Shown one piece after another: positions 1-13,500 of a DNA stretch of 64,000 bases. A program made the position numbers and the translations under genes. How positions within the stretch are numbered: the first letter of the stretch is position 1; every line of letters starts with the position of its first letter. The stretch comes from Balanoglossus misakiensis (lineage: Eukaryota > Animalia > Hemichordata), in NCBI GenBank assembly GCA_040954595.2, contig CM082581.2, forward strand, positions 11,406,286 to 11,470,285, read 5' to 3'. The notes below the pieces were generated by a model, which had not been told where the DNA came from, ran no database searches, and saw only the letters and a list, made by a program, of their open reading frames with translations.

Positions 1-283
1 TGAAAGTCTAAGTGAATTTCAAAATTGATTGCGATGGATTTATCACATTGTAATTGTATGTATACAGACGAGCAGATTTTTGGAAGATATGAAATATCAT
101 ATGAGCATGATTTATGACACAATAAATACAGGATAGAATTGATGAGAAAGAAAACTTCGGATTCTTTCATTTTGTTAAGTTTTGTTCTTTTATTCCATAT
201 TACGGCCACGTGTCATATATCATCATGATTTATCAATGACCAAGGAACAAACTCAGTCCGGCAATCAGTTTATCAGCGAAGTG

Positions 284-329
284 TGATGGTGGTGATGATG
301 ATGATGATTATGATGACGATGATGATGAC
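284..329. repeat. Imperfect (GAT)n microsatellite
   Basis: gatggtggtgatgatgatgatgattatgatgacgatgatgatgac. Confidence 0.9.
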
Positions 330-3300
330 TGGTACATCAAAATCAAACAAGAACCGCAGAATTGACGACGTAAACAGAAAAGCAATTAACGTGCAAGTGG
401 GCACGTAACTCCTCTTCACCAATGTATATGTCATGTACGGTGACCCCACACATTCTGTATTTGTTTCAAAATGGAACGTCGAAAGAAAATGACAGCTGCT
501 TTATGTGATGATAATGAAACTGTTTGTCCTCGAGTGAAAATGTTGTCACTTTTTAATCTTTAGACATCCTATGGCAGTTTTTTGGCAATCGCCTGAAGAA
601 GACAGGAAGATGAGGATGAAGAACGCGACAGGATGTTGCTTTCATGTCAAGCATTGACCTTGCAAAGACCTACGTGTGAAGGCGAAGGAAACGGCCGGAT
701 AAAATCAGACCTTGTGACGTCATTCAACTGTGCAGGTGTCTTAGTGAAAGTAGACATATCTCCCAGGAAAATCTGTCAGTGTCGCTTCAGCCTGAAACAC
801 GATATCATCAAAATCCAATATAGATTCTACAATTTCACTTGACGAAACGCCTATGCGATATGAAATTTCACAACTGATAACACTGTTCAGGAGATAGACG
901 GCATTTTTGACCTCAGCAAAGATAAGGGAGGAAACCAGAGAAGTAAAGGGCAGCGGGGGTAATTTGTGTGCATCTCCAGATTAATGTCATGTCCAAATAA
1001 ACTTTGATCGTATATATACAAAAAGAGAATTCAACTTTAATGCGTTAAAATAATCAGACAGGAACATTTCGTCTTGAAGTTAGTGGCGATATGTATCTTC
1101 TGCTTTGTAGAGAAAGGTTAATTATATTCAAATTTAGCTTGCATTTGAACTGTAAAGCATGTAAGTTGATAATATTATTTTGTTCCAAGTTTTATAAAAT
1201 TTCAGTGAACGCATCGTAACATCTAAAACAGGAAGCATGGTTTTTTAAAAGTATTTATATGTATTGTTCATGAAGCTTGGGTAGAAGCCTTAGTTTTCTT
1301 AAATTCGGGTTAGGTTAGCCAAGGTCACAGGTTTGTTAGAAATATCACCATACAAATGCACTCCAAGATAGCAATTACCGAGACACACAAGCACTTTTAC
1401 AAATATATTTGCTCTTTACTATTTCTGCAATCAGACCTTGGAAGATCCTTGCTTCCATTCTGGGGACTAGACAATCATATTCATTACTTTGCAGACAGAG
1501 TTTGCCCTGAGCGATTGCATTGGGGCCTGGTCTAACTATCTTTAGATAACCCCACAGATCTATCCAGTCTCTGTACCTACCGTCATTTCCCACAACATGC
1601 TGCAGGCAATATCGTCAACAAGCATTTAAATGAAAGTTCATTTTCCTATTCCACATTGTTGACATGTACAAACCGTTACATGTTAAAATACCTGCAGCAG
1701 CCATTGTTTCGTCCGCAAACCTTTGGCAAAAAAATCACTCTAGCAATTATATGGGCACAGACGTATACAGGCCGCTCTGGTTGAACTGTGACTAAGAATA
1801 CAATGCTTTGATGAAGTCTGCATTAGCAAAAACAATGTGCTTTCAAGTGCCTCACCAAGGACAAATACACAGTTTGAATTATCCATCAACTCTCTCAGGC
1901 CAAGGACAGGAAATTCTACTCTTCTCTAATTTACAAGGCAAAGACACCGAAATGGGGAATTCAGCAGACAAATCTCTGAAAAGAGGGTCAAGGGAAAACT
2001 TATGCAAAGAGAGAAAATGAATTGGATTAGCAGTGTACGTACTATGTCCATACAAGAGAGACATTCTTATTTTCACTGCTAATGTTTTCTAACTCGACAG
2101 TTAATGCTGTAAACAGCAACATAACAAATTCTCTAACTGGGACTTGTTATGAAAAATTCAAAAGCTTGGAAAGGCGAAGGAAGAATAATTAAATTTCATG
2201 AAACATACGCACAAATAGAGGCATAGGTACCCGTCTGTTAAAAATATACACAAGTATCCCGCTACGAAGCTTGCGCTGTCGAACGACAGGTTATCGTTAA
2301 GGCGCCAATATGTTTGATATGTTGAATGTAATATCACAACAGACATGTGTACATGAGCAAAATCTCATCACTGCAATCCAATAAAAGAAGCCTCATAAGT
2401 TGTAAATTGTATTTTATTTTTCTTTATGGGATAGTCTGTTTTAAATGTATCCATGTGAAGATTCCGTCTGGAGCCGTTATTGCAAAAAAAGAAGCATACT
2501 TCTTGTTACACGGGTCATTCAGTTTAAAGCCATTTAATGGCAGTGATATTTCATTTTTCATGATATCAGTATTTTATTTTAAAGAGGATTTTGTGGGATT
2601 ATAAAGACATGGGTCTCCTGAAACCGACGCCAGTTTTCTGAGATTGGCCGGTGACATGTGTGCAGATGCGCATGTAGGTACAGCAGCAAGGGAATTTTGC
2701 CCTTACTGTGACACAGGGGGTGGTGCATCGATCATCGCACAGGAAGAATCTCCGTACAGCTTTGTTGATTTCCGTTTTGCATTAAGCCTGTGCAATGACC
2801 GCTCCGATTAATGTTAATAGCGCACACGCAACGCATCGAAATTTGGTGGGTTGATTGATGATGTTATTGGCTTTCCAGAAAAACACAGATCGGTAAAATT
2901 TTTACCGCTTCTCTCCGATGATTTATTTAGGTATTTCCTGGACAGAATGTAACTATGGTATTTGGCATACGGTAACTGTAACAATACGTGGTGTGGGACA
3001 GAGTAAGAAATGGTTAGATTATCTTTGTTAGCAGTATCCTGGTTAAGCTTAGAAACAACGACAAATACAACAAGTGGAGCATTGAGTTCATACAATTCTG
3101 ATAGAGTTGTTTTGCCCTAAATTGCAAATTATACATTGTATGCATGAAATCAGCTCCCCATACAGTTCCTCTCTTCCGGTCAAACCGTGATCATGCATTT
3201 CAACACGCATATCAGCATTACAATTCATTGCAAACAACTTAAATGTCCTCAGTCAGCGGTCAACAACATACACGGGCATACATGAGTATCATCACATAGA

Positions 3301-3673
3301 GAGCAATTGATACATTGCTGTAAAACGGTTAACCATAGGTGGCACGATGCACTTTTGTACATGCGCACACACGTGTGCGAACATGTGCGTACAAATAACA
3401 CCAAGAGAAAGAAAAAGTACATGCATAGACGCAAACGTTCAAGTGTAGATTTTGATGAACAGGATATTCATTTTGCCGAAGTTTCCGTAGTATAATGAAT
3501 AAGGCTGTCTAATAGAATCCTTTGATGTTGTAAAACAGCTTGCTCTGAATATCATTATCAAGTTCATTTCCTGCAATAACCCTTCTTGCTTTTAGCGTTT
3601 TACTTCAATGCTAATAAGGGTATGCCATATTCCAGTAATCAGAGGGTTGCTTAGATACTGCTGACAATTCACA

Positions 3674-3755
3674 TGTAGATGTACATACATAGATACATAC
3701 ATAGATACATACATATGCATGCACATACCGTACATGTACATACATATATACATAG
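3674..3755. repeat. Degenerate (TACA/TAGA)n microsatellite
   Basis: Directly visible in the sequence. Confidence 0.85.
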
Positions 3756-6700
3756 CATGCTTGGATTATTCTTGTCTTGTTGAGGTGGATATGAATGTCA
3801 ACTTACATTATAATAAAAGAAGGGGAAACGAATTTTTTGTGCGGCCCGCGGCGACAACGCTAAAACGCAGTATGACGCCAAGTGCTTGTAACCAAGAACG
3901 CATGGTAATCTGCTTGACAGACATTGCTCTTTAGGGGAATTTCCGATTCTAGTAGGAATAAAAGCTCTTTTGGAATGTTTCCATGTTAAGATATTCATGG
4001 GTGACGAGGAATGTGACATCTACTCAAGTTTTTTGAGGAAGTGACTAAAATAAGATATTTTGGAGTGCACACACCATGGTTTCTGTCAAAAGCAATCACA
4101 TATAAGCTTACACACGTGCCCTGATTTTTGTCCATTTCAGTAAATGTTAACATATTCTAACAAAAGCAACAACTGAATGGCAGAAATAAGTTATTGTCGA
4201 AAAGCAGAACTTTTCCTTACGCCATTTCCTTCAATAAGACAACCAGTCCATTCCGATTCATTCAAATTTCATCCTGGCATTGCTGACAAAACCCAAGTTT
4301 TCAAATGTTGTGCTAGAAACAATTTGCTATAAATATGTTTCATTAGGCGACTTGGATCAGACAGTCGAGTAGCAACAAATCTTAAAAACAGTTTATTAAA
4401 ATATTTCCGTTCACATCAATCCTTAGGTAAACACTGCATTTTATACCTCATTACTGGGCAACATTGTGAGGAGGAAACATTTGACATATGGTGTCTTTAG
4501 GTTACCTAGAATTCTTTTCAAACTTTCATCCTTACTGAATAAACCATATGGGTTATTAGAGTATAGTATTGTGCACATATTTTTATCCAACCAGCATTTA
4601 AAACAGCAAGACTATTATTTCTGTCTTTGTGCATGACATTTCATTTTTCACAAACTGCCTCCGGGGGAATTCCGGCAGTCCACAACAGGTGATGCTTTCT
4701 AATGCACTTATACATGACTGAAGTGTTGTGTGCTTTGATTGCTTCTGTGTCGACATTATTGACCCGTCTGCGTTTTTTCCAGGTCTGGTCTCTTGTTCCA
4801 AACGCAAACCCAATATTGTTTCTGCTCTCAGCATCAATATTTAATATCATTTTACTCACGTCAATTGCTTTCCAAAATATGAAAGATTTGAAGATAAACA
4901 AAAGAGTATGCGAGTTTGCCCACATATTTCCCGGTGCGCAATTAAATTCATCTCTTACTTACAATGTTCACCTAACTGTTCGCATCAAAAGCACTTGGTT
5001 GAAGCAGACGCGTCGGCGACAGTAAATTGCTCTAATTTTCTGTTTTTCAAAGGTCTCTTAAAATAGTCAACAACATTTTCGTTTATCCGTCGAAATTCCT
5101 TCCACAGTTGAGATAGACATTACTAATGACCATAGTCCATGAATATTTCAGATACACGGGACAAATCCTTCATTAAAATGCAATTTCTTAATGTTTTGTG
5201 TTTAAGTAGCAAATAACATGTACTTGCAATCCAGATAGAGGGCGATCACACATATTTGCCAAGTACAATTGTCAAAATTAAGTTTCGGTATGTTTCAATC
5301 ATCGATATCAGCTACGCTATGAGATAAAAATACAAGTTAAAAACCTCAAATAAACCAGAACTAGTCTGTTTATTTTGACATCTGATATTTTCACTAATTA
5401 ACCCTATGGGTATTTCAACTGTTTTCTTATAATATGAACAGAGTCATTACAGTTATGTCATTTAATTCTAAACATTTCCCAAATGGTGTATGTGTATTAC
5501 AATTAGAGAGTCCTACTTATCACAATTAGAATGACAAAATATTCGATTGAAAGTAATTATTTCCAGTATTAAAAGTTGATGATTCTAATGGCTGAAAATT
5601 GCCTTGGGGATTCTCAGTGGTACATGTCTTTAAGGTCCTTAGAATATTTTGCTTATTCTCAAATAAACCAACCAAAATCGCAAATATGCCCAATTATTCA
5701 TTATCGGCTACAAATAGAATTCACAAAGATTTGTAGGACTTTGAGAGAGGAGAGTTGATAAACACGAGAAATCCAGGGGAAAGACTGCAACTATTCTTCC
5801 TTTATTGAGAATAGTATTGACGTTACACGACCCATTCTCCACTTCGTCGGCAATTGAAACACACAGAAGTCAGGGTAGAATTCCAGTAATCGATAAACAG
5901 CAATAGCGGTTCATTCTTCCGAGAATAAAGAAATGTACTTTGCGAAAAGATCCATTCGATTCAACTGCCACATTTTATTGCTGAAGGGGGCGGCAATGCT
6001 TGTATTGTAAAGAAGGCAATAATTCGGCACTAAACCGTTTAAACGAGAGAAAAACTTCAATACCTAGTGTTTCGATCAATGTGATTTTACTACATGAAAA
6101 AGGTTCAGAGTGCATATGTAGAGTTTGGATCCAATGTTATTATGTTATTTAATAATCGGTGAATATTAATTCGAACCAAATATTTCATAGTTTATGTCGA
6201 ACAGTAGACGTTTGAAAGCATCAATGAAAGTTGCAACAGCGTAGATGTGTCTGACAGACAACACAAAAATGGCATGGTATATTTAAAATACCGGGCTGCT
6301 AAAATCCAGTCAGTCTTTCCTTTGACACAATAGGGTATTAATTTGAACATCAAGGCGGAAATATGCATTGCAAGTTATTTAAAAGCCACTGAAGGCAGAG
6401 TCCCAAATTGAATTTCTGAATAGCAGCGACTAGCTGATGTGACGAAGAGAACGATTAGTGTCAGATACTGTCAATCAGGAAATTCATTTTGACATGATAA
6501 CAAATAAAACATATTGCCAGAAAATGGGTATCGTTGTAATGGGGATTAATTGATATAGACATCTTTCAAACATTTTCATACACAAATAATTTCAGGGTTT
6601 TTTAAACGTAACACGTTTTAAATTTAACATGCAAACTATATCTGTCTTCACGGATGAAATATCGGTTTTGTAAAATCACACCAGTGGTCGTTGCCTGGGT

Positions 6701-9700
6701 GTTCCTCTCCGTGTTAGCCTAAATGAATATGTTCGCGTGTGCTATTTTTTATAGAATAGGAATGTTATTACTGCATACGGGCTATCAATTTTTAACCTTA
6801 TGGTATCGGTATATTATTTGCGTATTATAAATCTACAAAAAAATTTCACTCTATCGTCTTTGCATTTAGTATGCTCCAGGGATTCTAATAAATTTTTTCA
6901 TCCTACGTCACAGACATATTGTCGTTCCTCTCTTTGTGTTGCGTTAGAAAACCATTAGCTATCCCATGCGCCGACTTCCTGTGTAAAAGAATGCTGAGTT
7001 ATTTTCGGGTTTATTATTGAAATAATTCATGAATTAAAACTGAAATTTTTTTACACAATGGCTTTAGCAAAAGATAACATTACAACTGCGTATAACAAGT
7101 TGAACCGGAGGTAAGATTATGTGATTTGGTTGCCTTTTGTATGAAATATTTCATTTTCAAGGGATAATAGCTGCAGCCACATACACCTCAAAATGTTTGA
7201 AACAGAGAGGCATAGTGTCACGTTGCGCATTCACGTCCAGACTTGACTAGAATTTTTATACAATGATGATGTCGATTGTACATATACATGTACATGGGCT
7301 ATGTCGAGAAGATTAACACTACGCATTTAATTTTGACTTGGAATTTTCACAAAAAGTTGATCTACCAACTAGTAAACGTGAGTGCTGATGGCTGTGCTAT
7401 GTTAAGTTCAGGTCACGTGATGTTTGCTAATGCTGCTTGCAGCTTCATTTACTGTATGGTGTTAACATTTGTCCTGGGATGCTGTCACCAGTAAAATAGC
7501 GTGTAAGCCGGGGTCATGCACGGTACTTGAAATTTGCCAGAAATGACGACGCATGCACATCCACTTAACTCTGTAGATCCTAAGCTAACAGTGTATTAAG
7601 AAAAATGATTTATTTGGTATACGTGACGGTCATAAAAGTCTCATGCCGTGGTGAAATAATCCCCAGATTACCAAGTTAACATTGTACCGGTGGCGCCGTG
7701 CAGTTGGTGTTTGTTCGAAGTTTATGGACTGGCGTTGGAATTCTATTACGAATGTATGCATTGGTTTCCGAACTTGAACTGCTTGGGGAGATATCAGTGA
7801 CTAATTGCTTGTTGATTTCGCTAATCTCAGAGTTAGCGGAGAGTTTAGAAGTGATTATCTTCTGATTCACTGCAACAGGATTGGGGTCATGTTAATCAGA
7901 TTACTGTAGCCGTCAGATTACCAGAGGCCCATTAAACATGAACGACATGACGGTAATCTTCGACTTTCACAGATGTTGCTTCGTCCTATTTGCGTTACAC
8001 ACGGGATAAACTGCCTATAATCTGTCATCAGTTTTCCTCAGGAAAGTTTGTTTCCAACTTTTTGGGGTTGAGCCTTAGTCATCCACAATATACACTCTAA
8101 CATTGATTGATTCGGTCAGCAAACAAGATGACAAGGAACAAATCCAGCTATTAACCATCTAGTGGTAATAGCATTAGTGACCGATAGAGTGTCGCTATAT
8201 AAAAATAATGTCTGTAAACAGGAAACCAAATAATGATGTAGGTGAAACCTGCTTCAATGATATACGTGTATATCGTGACCACATATGGTCAGTGTAAATA
8301 CCACGTCGGGAAGCGAGCGTCATCTGTGCATTTACTATTTTCGTGAAGCCTGGAAACCTCGAACAAGCACAGTTTTTTGCCTCCGAGCAGAACACTCCTA
8401 TCAGCAGCTGAAAGTCTTCTTGACGCCTTCTGCCCGAATCGTTTGAAACCAGACAGAAGCAAATAACACAGTGTGGCACAGTCGTGAAACCTTATCACAT
8501 CAATTCTGGACACAGCACGATATTTTCAAACATGTCGTAGAGTACTTTCTGCATTTACGTGCACGGTGATACAATACTGTGCAGAAAGCCGAATTCTTTC
8601 CATTCTCTTGTATTCACGCACAACGAGTTAGAAAACTCGCTTTGTTAGGTCAATAGCTAGCGCACATCTGGTAATAGTAGAGGGTCTATAGATGTAAATC
8701 TTTCCATGCATGCATTGCTCAACAGGAAGAATTTGACATAAAAATGTACATGCCTTAGCAACGAAAATGCGAGTTGACAAAACAGCCAAGACGACGGGTT
8801 ATGGTGCAGCTATTTCAAAAAATGTAATTGTCTTTAAAAAATCTAATCGGAAGGTTGCGTGACAAGAAAAAACTAACTTGAATCCCAAACTGTCGCGCTA
8901 ATGTTAACGTTTATGATTGGAAATAAATGTTAGATTATGGATGGGATAAATCAGTTTATGTATAAAGTCAGACAATCTATAGTGGGAAGAATTAGTCGAC
9001 GGGAACTGAATTGGATAATTGAAGGGCCATAAGCGCTAGTTTTGATTTGAATACTGCCAAATAGCAGGCTAGTTGCAGAAACTACATATTAAGGTTTACT
9101 TGATTTTCTCTAATGAATTCCAATCAGAATAGATCAACTCTCATTAGATGAATTTACGTTCAATTAAGAAAAAGAGAGCCTGAAGCCAAAGACGTTCCCT
9201 AATATGTCCTGCAAATATCCACTGCCATAATTATCCATTTTCATCACAGACTGGGGTGTTGGTCTTTTAGTAAGATACCGGCGGCAAGATCACAGGGATA
9301 ATATTTTAAAAGAACGTATGTTGTCAGTTATATGGCAAGTTTTTCAAAGTTTGGCCAGATTGTAAAATAGTTTTAGTTTATATAATACCAAGAGAATGGC
9401 ATTGGCGTTTCATTTTACAAACTCCAAAACATTAATGCCACTCTTAACTAAATATACTTTGAATTCTATGTGAGGGGCATCTAATAAAGTATATCACAGT
9501 CTAAATATAGAACTACAAGCCCTCATGGGCATGAATCCACTTGTCGTCGTGTGTTGAGCGATTGATCACCAGCCCTCGTGCCCATGGCTCCATATTCCGG
9601 CCGTAATATCTAGAAGCTAAGGCTATATTTTCTAACTCCCAAGCCACTCACCTCCACCGCACAGGGAGACATAACCCCGACACATTATCATGTTTATGCA

Positions 9701-10560
9701 CCTGTTGCACAAACAGCTGGGTGTAAAGAAACCTAACTTTAAATCACTGATCCCTGGCAATTTTTGGCCAAATCTACTCAATGTGCCAAAAGGCATTTTT
9801 GGAAGTGAACGGTGGTATTTGCCAACTGCTAGAACTAATTAGACTTGCCTCACACCACACTACACATACTATATGATTATGGACTAAAATAAATTTCAGA
9901 AAATTATGTTTCAAGTGTCTAATGTGTGCAATGAAGGCATGAGTCATAGGTGCCTCGGTGGGCAGTCACCGAAACCATCAGCTCAACCCCAAATCCGAAA
10001 CTCAGCTCAGTACTGAAACTCGCTCAAAGCAAGAAAACACACGAAAAGTATTGGGTTAAAATTACAACATCGAACAACCGCACAGTTAAGAATCTTTGAA
10101 AAGAGTTAGATGATAATATGATGAGAAAGTCAAGTGCACCATATCCAGTTTAAAGTACACCACAGATAGCTGTAATTGCCTCATACCAAACGTCTTGTCT
10201 GTAAATGACATTGCATTTGTTGTAATATCTGGACTTGAATAGATTTTGTGACAGGTGGAGAACAGCAAATGATTGATGTGTACACACTACCTCTAAAGTC
10301 AACCTGTACCCTCAGGTTATTTTTATCGCTCAGACTTCCCACGAGGAAGAAGACTTCAACAACTGTTCAAATTCGTCGGTGGTGGGCTTTGGAAGGAAAT
10401 TGAAAGGTGAATATACTGAGTCATCTAATCACTTCTATCTATACAGTTATACGAAGTCTACAATCTTTCTTGTATTTTAAGATTGTCGTTTAGAGTATAA
10501 TTGAAATATAACCAGCATGTTCAATAAGAGTAAACACTGCTCTAATAATGAAATAGTAAA

Positions 10561-10592
10561 CACCACACTACACTATACTACACTACACTATA
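10561..10592. repeat. Short (CACTA)n pentanucleotide repeat
   Basis: caccacactacactatactacactacactata. Confidence 0.8.
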
Positions 10593-13500
10593 GCTTTACA
10601 TCAACGAAAACTGGAGGGTCAAAGTTGACTCGTAGTTAATGTTTGACGATCCATCTCCAGTAAAATGGGTCAACTCAGGTGTTGACATCATTTGCGCATG
10701 AGCACTCAAGAACAGGTTTTCTGACAGTCACCAATGCTGACGTGTCTGAATTAGGCATATGGGTTTTTTTCTTTAGGGTGACAGAGCATCACATATACAA
10801 GTAGATTTTATGTTTCAAATGCTCTTTTCAGATTGATAATTTTCAACGTATTTTGATAAGACTTCATCAATACTGCTTGAATTAAAGGTAGGGACAGATG
10901 TAAAATGCAGACAGGCATATATTCACTTAGCAATCATGGAGGTTTGGTGACGTATGACCATTTAATAAAATTATGTTGTTACACTTTAAAACGTCAATGC
11001 GTTATGACGGCGCCCCTCTGTAGCTGGTGAAGTTTCATATTGGGAGCCAAAAAATCTGACAATTACAGTCCTTAGGCACGGACAGAAATTGCTCTAGTTT
11101 TATCACACTAACCAACGATAAATATATTGTATCTCGACTGTTATATAAGAAAAATGATAACAATATGTTGTCGATAAAATGCCGATCTAAATCATTAAAT
11201 TATTGTGTTGAAGTGGAAACGGAATAGTTAAAAGTTATCACACATTTTAACGAAAGAGAAAATTGACAGAGAAATCGGTTATGGTGCTATCTGAACCCAT
11301 TCTGTCAGGAAATCGAAACAGACACATTTTTCTCGGTTTTATATACTTGTCCTGGGGCAGAGGGTTTCCTAGCTATGGCATCTGGATGGTAGAAGATATA
11401 TTGGGCGATTGTGTAATAAGCTGTATGAATCGTACAAATGGCCTTTGGTTTGCAACAGACAGACAGATTTTAGAGTATTGCCATGAGAACCGCCGTTGCG
11501 AGACTGACACTAGCGCATTGATCAAGTCGGTTGGATATTGGGGCAGCGATACGGCATGCATGACAATAGAGATCGGTAAAAGCGTTGCATGGAGGTTGAC
11601 TGCGGGCCCGCGCGAGACAGATTAATTGAAATGAACTACTCTGACATGGATGGCAAGCCGTGCGGTTTCAGACAAACACTTCGCTCAATCAGAGGAAATT
11701 AACTTTCAGGCCTGTGCATTGTGTGTGGGAAATAAGAAAGGAATTGCGTGGTATGCATTAGAATGTTTGATGTCTTGACCACGGAAAGCAATTAGCGATT
11801 TTGTCCATTCCTCTTTAAATAACGCAGTCTAACTTTTGTTCATTTCTCACCAACGCGGTCATCTATCATCGCGTACGTTGAAGACCTTTTAACCGATTCA
11901 TCGACACAGTAAATGATTTCCTGTGGGGTAAGTGGGGACAAAATTAATGACAGGGAAGGTATTCCACAAGTTGAAGATTAATTGCCCTGAGGTGGGGCGG
12001 CCAGGTGAAAGTGACATGTATTACAGATTGTTGACGTCAATGAAATGGACAGCTTTTGTTTATTATCATTTTAAGCGTTGTAGACTTCTATGAAACGTGC
12101 ACCCAGTGCGCACGATCCAAACCGCAGTCGCCAGAATGTCTTGTTTACAGATGTTGGGAAGGGACAGGTTCCCAAAGACTTCTGGTATCTCTAACTTTGC
12201 CTGGCTGCGGCAGGCCTTGTGGCTGGTGGCAGCTGTGGCTGCAGCGGTTCGAGCTCGGTGCCAATATGTAACACGAGCTCTCACTCAGAAAGGCAATCCT
12301 CTAATCGACAATCAATTTTCAGCCACTTAAGATATGTGGCAGATGTTGCGATTTGATTGGTATGCCACAACCTGACAAGTTACAATGACAACATCTCCCT
12401 GAGCTGGAATTCGAAAACTCATAAAGGGGACCGCTTTACGGTTGTAACCAAAACAATTTTATTGGTGTATTGTAAAGAAATTCACAGGTGCGAGACTAAA
12501 CTTCCCTCAAGACTTCTACCTTAGGTATAGAAGGATTTGACTTAAGATACTAATAATACACGTGTGTCAACTTATGGTTCTAAAACGGGCTTGAAACTTG
12601 ACGAATGTTAAGTTCGTTTATATTGAATTACACCCTTCGCGCCCTGTAATGAGTACAGTCGCTAAGAATAGTACTGTGATATATGGTGGTACAGTCCACC
12701 AGTTTTGTATTATTGCAACATATGGCAACTAATTGCTCATCAAATGAGCGATAAATCGACAGTCGATAATTCGTATAACCATATTTCATATTAGGCTCCG
12801 TTGAAAGACAATCCCACGCACCAGATGTTGGAGCAATTTCTGCGTGTGGACGGTAAATTGCGCCTGAACGGTATTTCTGCAGATTTATGCAGCATTACAG
12901 TGTCTGGTATTTTAGATCCCGGCCTCCTTCCGAGTAATTAATAATTCCGCTTGACGCCCGGCGCGACTGTGTATGGCTGCCTGCAGGAAATACGGGATTA
13001 TACTATAGAATGGCAGGTATACAGAAGCCATTACTATGGTAACCTTAGGACAAAATTGTTTGGCAAAACACAGCGAACACAGAATAGAAAGAAATAAAGG
13101 TAGGGCGATTTCATGAAATACACAGACCTCAAAGCGACACTTGCTAACTTCATACGAACTCGCATAAAAAATAGCGTTATCGTTAGACTAGCACAAAGAT
13201 ACCGCCTTTCGATTTGTGGTTCTTAACTTTCAATGGATTGCTATTGGAGGTTAGGAAATCAATGGTGTATCAATAACAAAGGGGATGGCGGAAAGCTCTT
13301 ACGGTGACCTAAATGTGAAAAATATAGCGTTGGTGCTTGCCAATGACCTACAATTATGCAACGGTCGGATATACATATTTATTGACAAATTATGTATTTT
13401 CCTCCTACATACAAACCAAAATCAAAATGGCAGACTTTTTTGTTTTATTTTGTACGTCGACATGTTTGACAGCAGATATCTAGCTTGAAATAGAATAAGC

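Noticed and set aside
4702-5025. Hydrophobic 107-aa ORF with NANPILF
   Set aside because: No Tyr and no supporting TM6 motif. T-rich sequence readily gives hydrophobic translations.
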